Positions 39,460 through 49,256 of a stretch of 64,000 nucleotides of DNA are shown piece after piece. Source of the stretch: Escherichia phage MIZ4. Position 1 is the stretch's first letter. Every line of letters starts with the position of its first letter. The notes under the pieces were generated by a model. It did no database searches. It saw only the letters and a program-made list of their open reading frames with translations, and was not told the origin of the DNA. The stretch lies in sequence record OR167180. The stretch is one strand, 5' to 3'. Position numbers and translations under genes: made by a program.

Positions 39460-39958
39460 TATCAATACCCTTCAAATCAGTCAATAATGCTTTTGGAATA
39501 CGCGTAACCGTAATGTCGGCTTTATCCAAAATATCAGCCCAATCACGCCCACCATTTCGATCATATGTGTCGCAGTAATATATGTGTTTAATACCACTGT
39601 TTGCAATTGCTTTAGCGCAATCTGGACACGGTGAAGCAGTACACCACATACTAGCGCCTTCAATCGATACACCGCTACGGGCAGCAAACAAAATAGCATT
39701 TAATTCAGCGTGGATCTCGTTTTTCTGTGACCATGCACTATGCTCTGGTCGTTTTTCTGGGATCATTTTGCCGTCATCATCCAGCCAACCGCTTTTATGT
39801 GCATGACAGCTACAGTTTTCTTGCCCTGCTGGAGTGCCGTTAAATCCAGTAGAAATGATTCGCCCGTCTTTTTCGATCAGTGCGCCTACCTTCCACGAAA
39901 CACATTTAGAGTTCTTTGCTATTAGATAGGCGATCTGCATGTAAGTTTGTGACAACAT
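39443..39958 (-). CDS. cd: dCMP deaminase
   Basis: Zinc-binding motifs CHAE-like HAELNAI and PCPDCAKAI; 171 aa. Confidence 0.9.
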   Translation of the reverse strand: MLSQTYMQIAYLIAKNSKCVSWKVGALIEKDGRIISTGFNGTPAGQENCSCHAHKSGWLDDDGKMIPEKRPEHSAWSQKNEIHAELNAILFAARSGVSIEGASMWCTASPCPDCAKAIANSGIKHIYYCDTYDRNGGRDWADILDKADITVTRIPKALLTDLKGIDNDRTN

Positions 39959-39979
39959 AATATAATCCTCACATATTAA

Positions 39980-40183
39980 TTAACCGTATACGCGAAAGTA
40001 TTCTACTGATCCGTCGCTATACTGTTTTACATTGAATGTATTCACACCATGATTATTTCTCATGATGACATATACACTGCGACGTTCATCGCTAAACGGC
40101 ATAACTGGCGCGGGTTCAATGTCAACACTAAAACCACGTTTAGCAAGTGCTTCTCCTAATTGCTTGAGTTTATCGGTAAACAT
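39980..40183 (-). CDS. Hypothetical small protein (67 aa)
   Basis: ORF with ATG between pseT and cd. Confidence 0.5.
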   Translation of the reverse strand: MFTDKLKQLGEALAKRGFSVDIEPAPVMPFSDERRSVYVIMRNNHGVNTFNVKQYSDGSVEYFRVYG

Positions 40184-41061
40184 TAAAAGTCTCCGTAGTT
40201 AACCTGAAAACATTCTACACCAATTGAGCGGTACATGTCAACCACTTGATCACGGTCATCTACCGCCAAAACAACATGATAACGCGGTGCAATTTCAGAG
40301 AAGAAAATCTCTTTCTTCACTTCATGATCAGGACGACGATCATTAGTTTCACGTTGAAAGTGATCACTAGGTTCAATACCCTGTTCACGCAGCCATTGCA
40401 GAGTATCTTCTTCGCAAACATCCTCACGCCCTGAGCATGTAATGATACGATAACCATTATCACGATACAGTTTAAGCATTTCGATCACTTGCGGACGCGG
40501 TTTATCTTCTTTGACCTTTGTCCAGTCAAACGGATGACGACCGCCCTTATCCGCTAATGTCCCATCAATATCAAAGATCACTGCCTTTGGCAGCATGGTA
40601 TTCGGTTTGTATACTTCTTGACCCATATATTCCTGCATCAGATAAAATTGGTTACGCAAATGAGAAAGTGGAATTGCTTTCTCGCCGCGATAGAAATTAC
40701 GTTTCTTTAGTGTCTCAAACGGTTCATTGAACACTTGTTCAGTATACACCGCGTTAAATTCTTTTGCAAGTTCTTTATAGAATACACGATGTTTTTCTTT
40801 CAGGTTAGTATCAGAGATAATGATACTTAATCCGCGTGATAGAGTCTCACGAGCAATCATTCTCTGAATAGACTCTACCAGCTTTTCTTTTTCCTTAGTA
40901 TACTTGTATTTCAAATGTGAGTCAACACCAAACAACATAAGACGAAGGTCATCACGATTCACATTACGATAATTACTAAACCGTTTACATGTCTCCATAG
41001 CCCATGTAGTTTTACCGGACCCAGAACAACCAACGGTTAAAATCACTTCACATTTCGGCAT
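40183..41061 (-). CDS. pseT: Polynucleotide kinase / 3'-phosphatase
   Basis: Walker A VGCSGSGKTTW, HAD phosphatase motif VIFDIDGTLA, C-terminal IGVECFQV; start at MPKCEVIL aligned to the T4 Pnk N-terminus. Confidence 0.9.
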   Translation of the reverse strand: MPKCEVILTVGCSGSGKTTWAMETCKRFSNYRNVNRDDLRLMLFGVDSHLKYKYTKEKEKLVESIQRMIARETLSRGLSIIISDTNLKEKHRVFYKELAKEFNAVYTEQVFNEPFETLKKRNFYRGEKAIPLSHLRNQFYLMQEYMGQEVYKPNTMLPKAVIFDIDGTLADKGGRHPFDWTKVKEDKPRPQVIEMLKLYRDNGYRIITCSGREDVCEEDTLQWLREQGIEPSDHFQRETNDRRPDHEVKKEIFFSEIAPRYHVVLAVDDRDQVVDMYRSIGVECFQVNYGDF

Positions 41062-41513
41062 TATTTCTCCTTCGGTTTGCACCGTTCCTCATTAAGTTCT
41101 TTTCGATAATAACACATGATCAACTTACTTTCAAGTGTATATCTCTTAATATCCGCAAGCCAGACTCTGAATTTTTGGGAGTCCTCCCACGACATAGAAA
41201 CTCTAGGTTTACCGTCTATTGTATCCACTTTCAGGTCAATGTCAACTTTTTCTATTGGTGCTGGTAGTGGAGGATGTAATTTCGGTTCCTGTGAATAATG
41301 GTCCATTGTACACGAAGAAAGCGCAAATACAATAGGCACAGCGAAGACATGGATTATGGCGGTCTGAAAATTCTTATGTGCTTTCTTAAACATCCAGTGT
41401 ATCACGAAAATTGAAAACACCATCAGGATAATAATGCTTGCACCTATCCACAGATAATCAACCAGATTAAAATGGCTTATCTGCTCTTGTGTAGGCAATA
41501 TTTCTATGCTCAT
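41061..41513 (-). CDS. Predicted membrane protein (150 aa)
   Basis: Two hydrophobic helices near the N-terminus. Confidence 0.55.
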   Translation of the reverse strand: MSIEILPTQEQISHFNLVDYLWIGASIIILMVFSIFVIHWMFKKAHKNFQTAIIHVFAVPIVFALSSCTMDHYSQEPKLHPPLPAPIEKVDIDLKVDTIDGKPRVSMSWEDSQKFRVWLADIKRYTLESKLIMCYYRKELNEERCKPKEK

Positions 41514-41833
41514 TTAGTAGCCTCCTTTAATTCTTCGGTAAACTCCTTAAATGAATCATTAAGCTGTTTCTCTACCAACTTGGGTTTTTGTGCTACTACG
41601 TAGCCTCGTGTAGCGTCTTTCATTGCTTTGTTTTGTTCTTCTGTAAACTTAGTTCTTATTCCGTACATCTCCTTTTGTAGTGAGTCTACGACCTTCATCT
41701 TTTCATCGGTCTTTTTCTTATACTCTGTAAATTCCTGATTCAGTCGATCTACCTCCTTTTTATTTTCCCACCACATATTGCCACCTACCCCCAGCAACGC
41801 AGATATGATAACAATGTATATCAGCTTTGACAT
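41510..41833 (-). CDS. Predicted single-pass membrane protein (107 aa)
   Basis: Start at MSKLIYIVIISALLGV; coiled-coil tail. Confidence 0.5.
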   Translation of the reverse strand: MSKLIYIVIISALLGVGGNMWWENKKEVDRLNQEFTEYKKKTDEKMKVVDSLQKEMYGIRTKFTEEQNKAMKDATRGYVVAQKPKLVEKQLNDSFKEFTEELKEATK

Positions 41834-41877
41834 ATTACCCCCAACGACAAAAGGCGGGGAACTAGCCCCGCTTATTA

Positions 41878-43047
41878 TTACCAATCAATCTTATCAGCCG
41901 GAATCAGTTTCTTATAATTCCGTAGATAGTAAGTTTTCATTGAATCCAGAATACGGTCATAATCAAGACCATCAAATGCAATCATCAGACACATGAAAAT
42001 ATATGCTTGTGCATCACCATGTTTACGCGATTCGATAGTCGCATTGGACGCATATGTCTTTCTGTCTTCTCCCGCGTGTGCGTTATAAAATTCTGTTGCT
42101 GTCGTAAAGGCATTGCGAAGAATAGACCTGAATGCTTCCTCGAATAGCTCGATTCGTTCCAGTGCTTCCGGTTCTCCTTCATATGCAGCACGCAAATCAT
42201 CGGTTTCGCTTTCTACGACATAGTAGATCAGGTTATTAGGAAACATCGATGTGTTTTTAATGTTATGCACACCAATATACCATTCACTCTTCACTTTGAA
42301 CAGTTGACCGTCTTTAGTGCGTGCAACAATTCCTTCGATACCTTCTGCGGTCCGAACTTCATCAAGAATATTGCTAAAACGCGCTGAATCAACCTGTAAC
42401 GCATTTACCAGATGAGGACGTAGGATTGAATCGGCGAATAGCATTTGATGCGGTACATACTCTCCTGTGACGTTATGGCGTACATTCAGAAGTGTTAGCG
42501 ACGGTTCAGAATATTCTACAACAATTCGGTTGCTGGGTGCTGTATATTCAAAGTTGAAAGTATAATCAGACCCAATATCAGCAATCTTAGCGCGTAGATC
42601 CGCATACTTCTCGGAATACAGAAGACCGTTTGCTCTCTCTGCCTGGCTTGAGTACAAGGCCGCTTTAGACTTCAACTGAACATAGCCGTTATCAATGTAT
42701 GTGCTTACTAGACTACCGTCCATTTTGTCCATGACCATTTCCACATCTTCCGGCTTAAAGCGAGCGCGATCATTCTCACCCAAATTAAAAAACTTCTCCA
42801 TAGGACGAGATGCAATGCGGACAGGTCGGTCTTTATCATCGATTTCAAACATGATCCCGCGACACTCTAACGCATCCGGTTTATTCCATATTTCCGGTTT
42901 GCTCAAGTACAGATAACTAAAAATGCGCATACGGGTTTGCATCGCCGTAATTTCATCTTTGTAATAGAACGTATCAGATCCGTCACATAGTGCCATCAGA
43001 TTTTTGAACAATGCTAAAACTTTTTTGTTGTTTTCTTTTGTTGACAT
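41878..43047 (-). CDS. rnlA: RNA ligase 1
   Basis: Matches T4 Rnl1 (ALECRGIMFE, PVRIASRPMEKFFNL, KMDGSLVSTY, FEYTAPSNRIV). Confidence 0.9.
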   Translation of the reverse strand: MSTKENNKKVLALFKNLMALCDGSDTFYYKDEITAMQTRMRIFSYLYLSKPEIWNKPDALECRGIMFEIDDKDRPVRIASRPMEKFFNLGENDRARFKPEDVEMVMDKMDGSLVSTYIDNGYVQLKSKAALYSSQAERANGLLYSEKYADLRAKIADIGSDYTFNFEYTAPSNRIVVEYSEPSLTLLNVRHNVTGEYVPHQMLFADSILRPHLVNALQVDSARFSNILDEVRTAEGIEGIVARTKDGQLFKVKSEWYIGVHNIKNTSMFPNNLIYYVVESETDDLRAAYEGEPEALERIELFEEAFRSILRNAFTTATEFYNAHAGEDRKTYASNATIESRKHGDAQAYIFMCLMIAFDGLDYDRILDSMKTYYLRNYKKLIPADKIDW

Positions 43048-43444
43048 AATTTGTGTTCCATTCTGGTTTAAATTTGGTGATCAAAACAGGTTCTTCGATA
43101 TCGGCAGTGCTTATAATATCCTTACCCGTTGGATTCTCAATATATAACTCAAAACACTGGCGGTAATAGAATGTTACTGTCTTACCTTCCTCTAGCGCAT
43201 TATGAATATTCTTACTCTTGCGAGTATCCGCTGTTGGTGTTTGTCTGTTAATGCTAGTCCGGTAATAATTGATCCGCTTTCTGAGATTGACAGTCTGACC
43301 AATGTATACCAGTTCATCATCAACCGCAATAGCGTAAAGAACATTTAAACGGTTTTTCTGAGGCGGTAGAATCACGTCACCATCTTTACACTCTAAACAT
43401 GAATATTTAACGAATCCATAGTTTTCTATTAGCTCATTAATCAT
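42983..43444 (-). CDS. denA: Endonuclease II (GIY-YIG family)
   Basis: Matches T4 EndoII (YAIAVDDELVYIGQTVNLRKRINYYRTSINR); 3' end overlaps the rnlA start by about 65 nt. Confidence 0.85.
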   Translation of the reverse strand: MINELIENYGFVKYSCLECKDGDVILPPQKNRLNVLYAIAVDDELVYIGQTVNLRKRINYYRTSINRQTPTADTRKSKNIHNALEEGKTVTFYYRQCFELYIENPTGKDIISTADIEEPVLITKFKPEWNTNYVNKRKQQKSFSIVQKSDGTM

Positions 43445-43494
43445 TATCCTTTCCTCACGTCACAACAAAGGCGGGATTTCTCCCGCCCACCTTA

Positions 43495-43893
43495 TTAACT
43501 TTCCAGAATATCGCGAGCTTCGTTACGCTCCTTGATGATTTTCAGGACAAATTCCAGTTTTTCTTTGTTTAGTGTTCCGTTTTCCATTGCTTCTTTGACG
43601 GTAAACACTCCGCCACCTTGCCCGTATACAGTGACAGTGATTTCACCTAACATCGTGGTATGAAAACCGCCAATTTTCGGTGATTCGAAAGAAACAATTA
43701 CCTCGCGGACAGTATTACCGTCGTTGATTTCTGAGAGGGTAATGTCGTTTTTGTAGGCGGTTGCTTTAACCATACGGATCAGCATAGTCTGATCTGGGGA
43801 GATGGTCATTTTGTCCATTGCATGTTGCAATGCAGCGTAACCGAAAACTTTAACGAAGTCCAGAACGTCTTTGCGAGTTTGAAATTTAATCAT
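43495..43893 (-). CDS. Hypothetical protein (132 aa)
   Basis: ATG start with upstream promoter cassette. Confidence 0.6.
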   Translation of the reverse strand: MIKFQTRKDVLDFVKVFGYAALQHAMDKMTISPDQTMLIRMVKATAYKNDITLSEINDGNTVREVIVSFESPKIGGFHTTMLGEITVTVYGQGGGVFTVKEAMENGTLNKEKLEFVLKIIKERNEARDILES

Positions 43894-43920
43894 CTTGATA
43901 CTCCTTAGTTGTTTTGGTAT

Positions 43921-43949
43921 GGGAGTATCTTACTACTCCCGTGATATGC
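43921..43949 (-). promoter_or_regulatory. Early promoter cassette with hairpin over the -10
   Basis: TTGACA-17-TAAGAT; GGGAGTAGTAAGATACTCCC hairpin. Confidence 0.55.
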
Positions 43950-43963
43950 TGTCAACTGCTTTT

Positions 43964-44113
43964 TTATGCAACCGCAAACATCAACATTTGAACATTCTTG
44001 GCTGTCTGGCTTTCAAAGTTCTGACATTCTTTGATAATGTCCTCTACTTTCTCGCCGGAGATCTCCGCGTAAGTTTCGATTGCCATTTTCAGTACCGCGT
44101 CAAAGTTGCTCAT
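43964..44113 (-). CDS. Hypothetical small protein (49 aa)
   Basis: Translated by eye (MSNFDAVLKMAIETYAEISGEKVEDIIKECQNF...). Confidence 0.4.
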   Translation of the reverse strand: MSNFDAVLKMAIETYAEISGEKVEDIIKECQNFESQTAKNVQMLMFAVA

Positions 44114-44151
44114 TTGATTCTCCTTAAAGTGTATTTCGTTTCGATGGGGGT

Positions 44152-44180
44152 ATATTACTACCCCCGTTTCATGCTGTCAA
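44152..44180 (-). promoter_or_regulatory. Early promoter cassette with hairpin over the -10
   Basis: TTGACA-17-TAATAT; GGGGGTAGTAATATACCCCC hairpin. Confidence 0.55.
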
Positions 44181-44399
44181 CTACTTTTTAATGACAAGTT
44201 CGAATTTTGCTACCTTGCGTCCGCGTTTATTGAAAGCAACCCACGGACGGTTTTCAATGTAGAACAATTCTTCACCAATAATGAATACTGGCTGATTGTA
44301 AAGGCGACCCATCAGGTCACGCTGGCGAATGGTAGTAGATTCGTATACTTCGCCCACTACAAAGTGTTTGTTGATAGAGTCGGTGCAAGTAAATTTCAT
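44181..44399 (-). CDS. Hypothetical small protein (72 aa)
   Basis: ATG start after the conserved leader. Confidence 0.55.
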   Translation of the reverse strand: MKFTCTDSINKHFVVGEVYESTTIRQRDLMGRLYNQPVFIIGEELFYIENRPWVAFNKRGRKVAKFELVIKK

Positions 44400-44432
44400 T
44401 TTGATTCTCCTTTGTTTCGTTTAGATGGGAGT

Positions 44433-44461
44433 ATCTTACTACCCCCGCTATTCAGTGTCAA
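44433..44461 (-). promoter_or_regulatory. Early promoter cassette with hairpin over the -10
   Basis: TTGACA-17-TAAGAT; GGGGGTAGTAAGATACTCCC hairpin. Confidence 0.55.
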
Positions 44462-44468
44462 CTACTTT

Positions 44469-44687
44469 TTACTTGTTGTATTCATTCCACCATTGAGTGA
44501 GCTTATCAATTATTTTTGTGTTTCTATCCAACTTATCCCACCGTTTTCGAGGGTTTATCAACCGGAATAGGTAAGGTGTACTTGTTAAGTGAACTCGGTC
44601 AATGTAGTGATTGATGTACTGCTTTTCAATTCTAATTTTCATCTTTTTACGATGAAAATATGCAATGACTTGTTCTTCTGTTTCCAT
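44469..44687 (-). CDS. Hypothetical small protein (72 aa)
   Basis: ATG start with GGAGGAA RBS. Confidence 0.55.
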   Translation of the reverse strand: METEEQVIAYFHRKKMKIRIEKQYINHYIDRVHLTSTPYLFRLINPRKRWDKLDRNTKIIDKLTQWWNEYNK

Positions 44688-44711
44688 ATGTTCCTCCGTT
44701 TCGATGTGCGT

Positions 44712-44740
44712 ATTATGCTATGGTAAGATCCTATTGTCAA
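44712..44740 (-). promoter_or_regulatory. Sigma70-type early promoter cassette
   Basis: TTGACA-17-CATAAT. Confidence 0.55.
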
Positions 44741-44787
44741 CACCCAATAACAAAAAAGTCGCCACTATGGGCGACTTTGAACAAACA

Positions 44788-45264
44788 TTAATCATGACCG
44801 TGATTTGCAATATCCGCTCGCGTCTTGTCTTTGTGATTTCCTACGTCAAAGACACGATAACCATTTTCACGAAGAACTTTAATCACTTCTGGGTTATCCT
44901 CAAAGACTCCGACAACTTCATCTTTATCAAAGGATTTAATTACCTCTAATTTGATGTGATAGTCTTTACGGGAATCGGTACGGCCTCTCATAAAGATTTT
45001 ATCAAAACACACCCCGTTAGAAATTAACCAATCAATTGTTTCCATGTAAGCATGTGAACTTCGTCCGGTTAGGATGTAAATCAAATGCCCGTTGTCGGAA
45101 AGAGCATTAATAACACGAATTACATCGTAAATGGGGGAATCTCCCCCACATGCCTTGTTATATTCGATCCATGACTCGACTTTATCAAGATTTTCGGTTG
45201 GCATCTTTGCTAGTCGATGCGTTGGATCTGTGATCGTAAAATCTAAATCGACAAAATATATCAT
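44788..45264 (-). CDS. HAD-superfamily phosphatase-like protein (158 aa)
   Basis: Motif I DLDFT at the N-terminus, later ILTGRS and FEDNPE; lies in the nucleotide-metabolism cluster. Confidence 0.55.
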   Translation of the reverse strand: MIYFVDLDFTITDPTHRLAKMPTENLDKVESWIEYNKACGGDSPIYDVIRVINALSDNGHLIYILTGRSSHAYMETIDWLISNGVCFDKIFMRGRTDSRKDYHIKLEVIKSFDKDEVVGVFEDNPEVIKVLRENGYRVFDVGNHKDKTRADIANHGHD

Positions 45265-46421
45265 AGATATTTCCCGAATCGGTTGTAGTCGTCGTCTGTT
45301 AAATCGGTATTAACCTGAGATACCAGATACATAATCTCTACTTCCTGCGCTGCATTCTGTACTTCGTCAGAGTTCAACCATTTACGCATCCACGGTAACG
45401 GATGACGACGAACACTAAACGGGCTTTTCAGTCCGGCAGCACGCATACGGGAATCTGCCAGGTATTCTACATAGGTTTTCAGAATTTCCGGTGACAGGTT
45501 AGGAATTGCCCCCATTGCGAATAGGTGGTCTACCCATTCTTTTTCTTGCTCGACAACATCCAGAAAGATTTTCGTTGCTTCGCCTTCAAGTTCTTCCGCA
45601 ATCTGTTTCCACTCATCACCATCAACCCCCGTTTGCCATTGACGAATAATGTATTGTGTTCCTTTTAAGTGAAGTTGTTCATCACGCGCAATAAATTTCA
45701 TGATCTTCGCGTTACCTTCCAGTAAACCACGTTCGGCAAAGCTGAAAGTACATGCAAAGGACACATAAAAACGGATTGCTTCCAGTGCATTTACGCAGTG
45801 TGCACACAGATAAATCGAAGCCATCAGATCTCGTTTTGTATCTTCAAAAAATCTTCTTGCATCATCTAATGCTGTCTGGTCGTCTCGTTCTTCCCAATAG
45901 CGGAGATCTTCTTTTGCATTCTCATACTTACGAATCCAATAAAGAACATCATCATAATATTTCCCGATAGATTCCGCTCGCTTCATGATAGCAGGGTTAT
46001 CGATGATCTGGTCGAACTCACTAGCCGGATCAATGAAACAGTTACGCATAATGTGTGTATAGCTTCGGCTATGAATCGTTTCGCTGAATGTCCATGTTTG
46101 CAACCATGTATCGAGAGTTGGATCAGATACAATTGGACCAAATGCTGCGGACGGTGCGCGACCTTGAATAGAATCAAGTAATGTCTGATACTTCAAGTTT
46201 TCAGTAAAGAAACGCTTTTCAACGTCACCCATATTAAGATATTGAATGCGGTCGGTTGCAAGTGAAATTTCTTCTGGACGCCAGAAAAATGACAATTGCT
46301 TTTCGATCAGTTCTTCAAATACTTGATGACGCTGAATATCATAGCGAGCGATACCCAACCCACTACCCAGAAACATCGGTTCGTTCATAATATCAACATG
46401 TTCGCGGTTAAATACGCTCAT
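45261..46421 (-). CDS. nrdB: Ribonucleotide reductase small (beta) subunit
   Basis: Matches T4 NrdB N-terminus and di-iron ligand regions; continuous 386-aa ORF. Confidence 0.92.
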   Translation of the reverse strand: MSVFNREHVDIMNEPMFLGSGLGIARYDIQRHQVFEELIEKQLSFFWRPEEISLATDRIQYLNMGDVEKRFFTENLKYQTLLDSIQGRAPSAAFGPIVSDPTLDTWLQTWTFSETIHSRSYTHIMRNCFIDPASEFDQIIDNPAIMKRAESIGKYYDDVLYWIRKYENAKEDLRYWEERDDQTALDDARRFFEDTKRDLMASIYLCAHCVNALEAIRFYVSFACTFSFAERGLLEGNAKIMKFIARDEQLHLKGTQYIIRQWQTGVDGDEWKQIAEELEGEATKIFLDVVEQEKEWVDHLFAMGAIPNLSPEILKTYVEYLADSRMRAAGLKSPFSVRRHPLPWMRKWLNSDEVQNAAQEVEIMYLVSQVNTDLTDDDYNRFGKYL

Positions 46422-46436
46422 TAATTCACCTCACTA

Positions 46437-46604
46437 TCACTTTTTAACACAAAAGAACTTAGTATTTCTGTTTACTTCGCTATCCTGCTGCAATTCCTGC
46501 ACAGCTTCAAAACAATTTTGATGTGATGAAAACTCTACGCTGGTAACAGTTCCTTTATTATATACGCCTACGCTAACGGAAAGTAATAACCATAATGTAG
46601 TCAT
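46437..46604 (-). CDS. Small signal-peptide-like protein, tandem paralog 2 (55 aa)
   Basis: MTTLWLLLSVSVGVYNKGTVTSVEFSSHQNCFEAV...; paralog of 46604..46777. Confidence 0.45.
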   Translation of the reverse strand: MTTLWLLLSVSVGVYNKGTVTSVEFSSHQNCFEAVQELQQDSEVNRNTKFFCVKK

Positions 46605-46777
46605 TAGTTCACCTTTTGTTTTTCAACGCAATATAGATTCATAAAGCGTTTATTGTCTTCGCTGATAATCTCGCGAGCTTTAACGCAATCCTGCTTTGTT
46701 GCAAACTCAATGCTTGACATATTTCCGTAATTATACATTGAATTGCTTATTGCAATCAATAACCATACAGTAGCCAT
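46604..46777 (-). CDS. Small signal-peptide-like protein, tandem paralog 1 (57 aa)
   Basis: MATVWLLIAISNSMYNYGNMSSIEFATKQDCVKAR...; ATG overlaps the upstream stop. Confidence 0.45.
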   Translation of the reverse strand: MATVWLLIAISNSMYNYGNMSSIEFATKQDCVKAREIISEDNKRFMNLYCVEKQKVN

Positions 46778-46944
46778 TATCCGACAACCTCAAAACATTT
46801 ATCATCAGGAAGAATCGCCCATTCTACACCGTATTCATCCTCGACGTAGTAGCAAGTCCCATCATGTCGAGCATCATATTCATCACCAACAACAAAGCTA
46901 TCAGCTAGTTCAAAATCTACAGCAACACATTTTAATTTGGTCAT
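46777..46944 (-). CDS. Hypothetical small acidic protein (55 aa)
   Basis: Start at MTKLKCVAV with GTGAGGA RBS; preceded by a promoter cassette. Confidence 0.5.
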   Translation of the reverse strand: MTKLKCVAVDFELADSFVVGDEYDARHDGTCYYVEDEYGVEWAILPDDKCFEVVG

Positions 46945-46975
46945 AATAAAATCCTCACTTGTTTTTGATGGTTGT

Positions 46976-47004
46976 ATTATAGCGGGGATTTCTCCCCGCG
47001 TCAA
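46976..47004 (-). promoter_or_regulatory. Sigma70-type promoter with hairpin spacer
   Basis: TTGACG-CGGGGAGAAATCCCCGC-TATAAT; spacer hairpin is the same motif as at 4883 and 5430. Confidence 0.6.
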
Positions 47005-47012
47005 CACTTATT

Positions 47013-49256
47013 TTACAGCTTGCAAGATGAGCACTCGCTAGCGTCTTCCGTACCATCAGCACCATCACGCACGTTAGCGTAATACAGGGTTTTCAGACCG
47101 TAATGTTGAGCGAACAACATATCATCTAACACATCAGCAATATCGACCTTACCAGTCTTATAAGTGCTTGGATCATAGGATGTATTGGAACTAATCGCCT
47201 GATCTACAAACTTCTGCATGATCGCTGCCAGTGTCAGATAGGGCTTGTTACCTTTCTTGATCAGTGTCCAAAGCAGGTCAATAACATCAGCATTATTCTC
47301 TACGTTCGGAATAACCTGATTAAATTGTCCTTCTTTCGATCCTTTAACCGATACAATCCCGCGAGGCGGTTCAATACCGTTTGTGCTGTTAGACACCTGA
47401 GAAGATGACTCACAGGGCATCAGCGCCGAAAGCGTACTGTTACGAATGCCATATTTTTTCAGGTCTTCGCGCAGTTCTTCCCAATCCATCTCATACACCG
47501 GATCAACCAGTTCATCTACTGTCTTTTTGTACCAGTCGATAGGAAGTTCACCGCGACCATAGCGTGTTTCGTGCATCAGTTCGCAAGCACCCTTCTCTTT
47601 AGCCAGTCGCACACTAGCCTTAATCAGAGCATATTGCAAGCGTTCAAACGTTTTATGCGTAAACTCGTTAGCGTCTTCATATGTGAAGAAATTATCTGCT
47701 AGATATGATGCAAAGTTAGTAACACCAACACCCAGAGAGCGACGTTTTTTGGCTGTCAGAGCTTGTTCTACAGGATAATCCTGATAATCTAACAGGTTGT
47801 CAAGTGCACGCACCATAACCATAGCAATGCGTTCTACTTCTTCCATATTTTCGATATCGAAATTACCTAAAACATATGCTGCCAAAGTACATAGGCTAAT
47901 TTCTGAATCATCACGACCCATCGGTTTAGTAGGCAGTGCAATTTCACAACACAGGTTAGATTGTTTAATCGGTGCTACATTACGAATAAACGCCCCGTGA
48001 TTGTTCATGTTGTCTGTGAACGTTGGGTAGATTCGACCAGTGTTAAAACGTTCAATTGCCACCGCTAAAAACAGGTCTTCGGCTTTAACACGAGTTTTAC
48101 GAACACTCGGATCTTTTTCCAGTTTTTCGTAAAGCTGGCGGAAACCTTCCTCATCTCGGAAGTACAGATCCCACAACAAGCCACCCGCAACATCTGGACT
48201 AAACAGAGTAATGTAATCCCGTTTAAGGAATCGCTCTACCATCAGGTTATTAATCTGTACGCCGTAGTCAAGATGACGAATGCGGTTATCTTCCACGCCC
48301 TTATTGTTCTTTAACACAATCAGACTTTCAAACTCTAAATGCCACATTGGGTAATAGAGTGTCGCTGCCCCGCCACGAATACCGCCTTGTGAGCATGACT
48401 TAACGGCAGTCTGAAAATGTTTCCAGAATGGGATAACGCCAGTATGACGAACTTCACCATGCCCGATCTTAGATCCTTCCGCGCGAATCATACCAGCATT
48501 GATACCGATACCAGCACGCTTGCTAATATACTTGATGATTGCATTTGCTGTTTCGTTGATGCCCTGCAATGAGTCATCACTTTCAATCACCACACACGAA
48601 CTAAATTGGCGTGTTGGGGTACGCACACCTGCCATAATCGGAGTAGGCAGAGAGATTTGCTTATTCGCAACAGCATTATAAAAATCAATCACATGTTCAA
48701 GTCGATTTTCTGTCTCTTCTTGATGCAAGCACATACCGATCAGCATATACGCAAATTGCGGTGTTTCGATGATTTTCTTAGTGCTGCGATCCTGAACAAG
48801 ATATTTCTCTTTTAACTGCATCGCACCAGCATAGGTCATTTTAAAATCAAGTTTATGGTCGATGAATTTCTCCAGATATTCCACTTCTTCACGGGAATAC
48901 TTTTGCAGAATTTCACGATCATATTTTCCGGTTGCAATATTACGCTCAATATGGCTGTAAAAATCAATCGGTTGGAATTGACCGTATACTGATTTGCGAA
49001 GCGCGAACATTGCAAGGTTACTTGCTACATATTGATAATCGGGTGTTTCTACAGTAATGTTATCTGCTGCGACCTTAATCAATACTTTCTGGATATCATT
49101 GGTAGACATACCTTCTGTCAGAAGTGGTTCAACCATATCAAACAATTCATATGGATCAACGTTATGACCTTCGGCTGCCGCTTCCAGAATTTTCATTACT
49201 TTTTCTTTTTCAAACGGAACAGTCAGGCCGGAAGACTTAACAACATTTTTAATCAT
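47013..49256 (-). CDS. nrdA: Ribonucleotide reductase large (alpha) subunit
   Basis: 747 aa, ATP-cone N-terminus, C-terminal CSSC redox motif; T4 NrdA is about 754 aa. Confidence 0.92.
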   Translation of the reverse strand: MIKNVVKSSGLTVPFEKEKVMKILEAAAEGHNVDPYELFDMVEPLLTEGMSTNDIQKVLIKVAADNITVETPDYQYVASNLAMFALRKSVYGQFQPIDFYSHIERNIATGKYDREILQKYSREEVEYLEKFIDHKLDFKMTYAGAMQLKEKYLVQDRSTKKIIETPQFAYMLIGMCLHQEETENRLEHVIDFYNAVANKQISLPTPIMAGVRTPTRQFSSCVVIESDDSLQGINETANAIIKYISKRAGIGINAGMIRAEGSKIGHGEVRHTGVIPFWKHFQTAVKSCSQGGIRGGAATLYYPMWHLEFESLIVLKNNKGVEDNRIRHLDYGVQINNLMVERFLKRDYITLFSPDVAGGLLWDLYFRDEEGFRQLYEKLEKDPSVRKTRVKAEDLFLAVAIERFNTGRIYPTFTDNMNNHGAFIRNVAPIKQSNLCCEIALPTKPMGRDDSEISLCTLAAYVLGNFDIENMEEVERIAMVMVRALDNLLDYQDYPVEQALTAKKRRSLGVGVTNFASYLADNFFTYEDANEFTHKTFERLQYALIKASVRLAKEKGACELMHETRYGRGELPIDWYKKTVDELVDPVYEMDWEELREDLKKYGIRNSTLSALMPCESSSQVSNSTNGIEPPRGIVSVKGSKEGQFNQVIPNVENNADVIDLLWTLIKKGNKPYLTLAAIMQKFVDQAISSNTSYDPSTYKTGKVDIADVLDDMLFAQHYGLKTLYYANVRDGADGTEDASECSSCKL

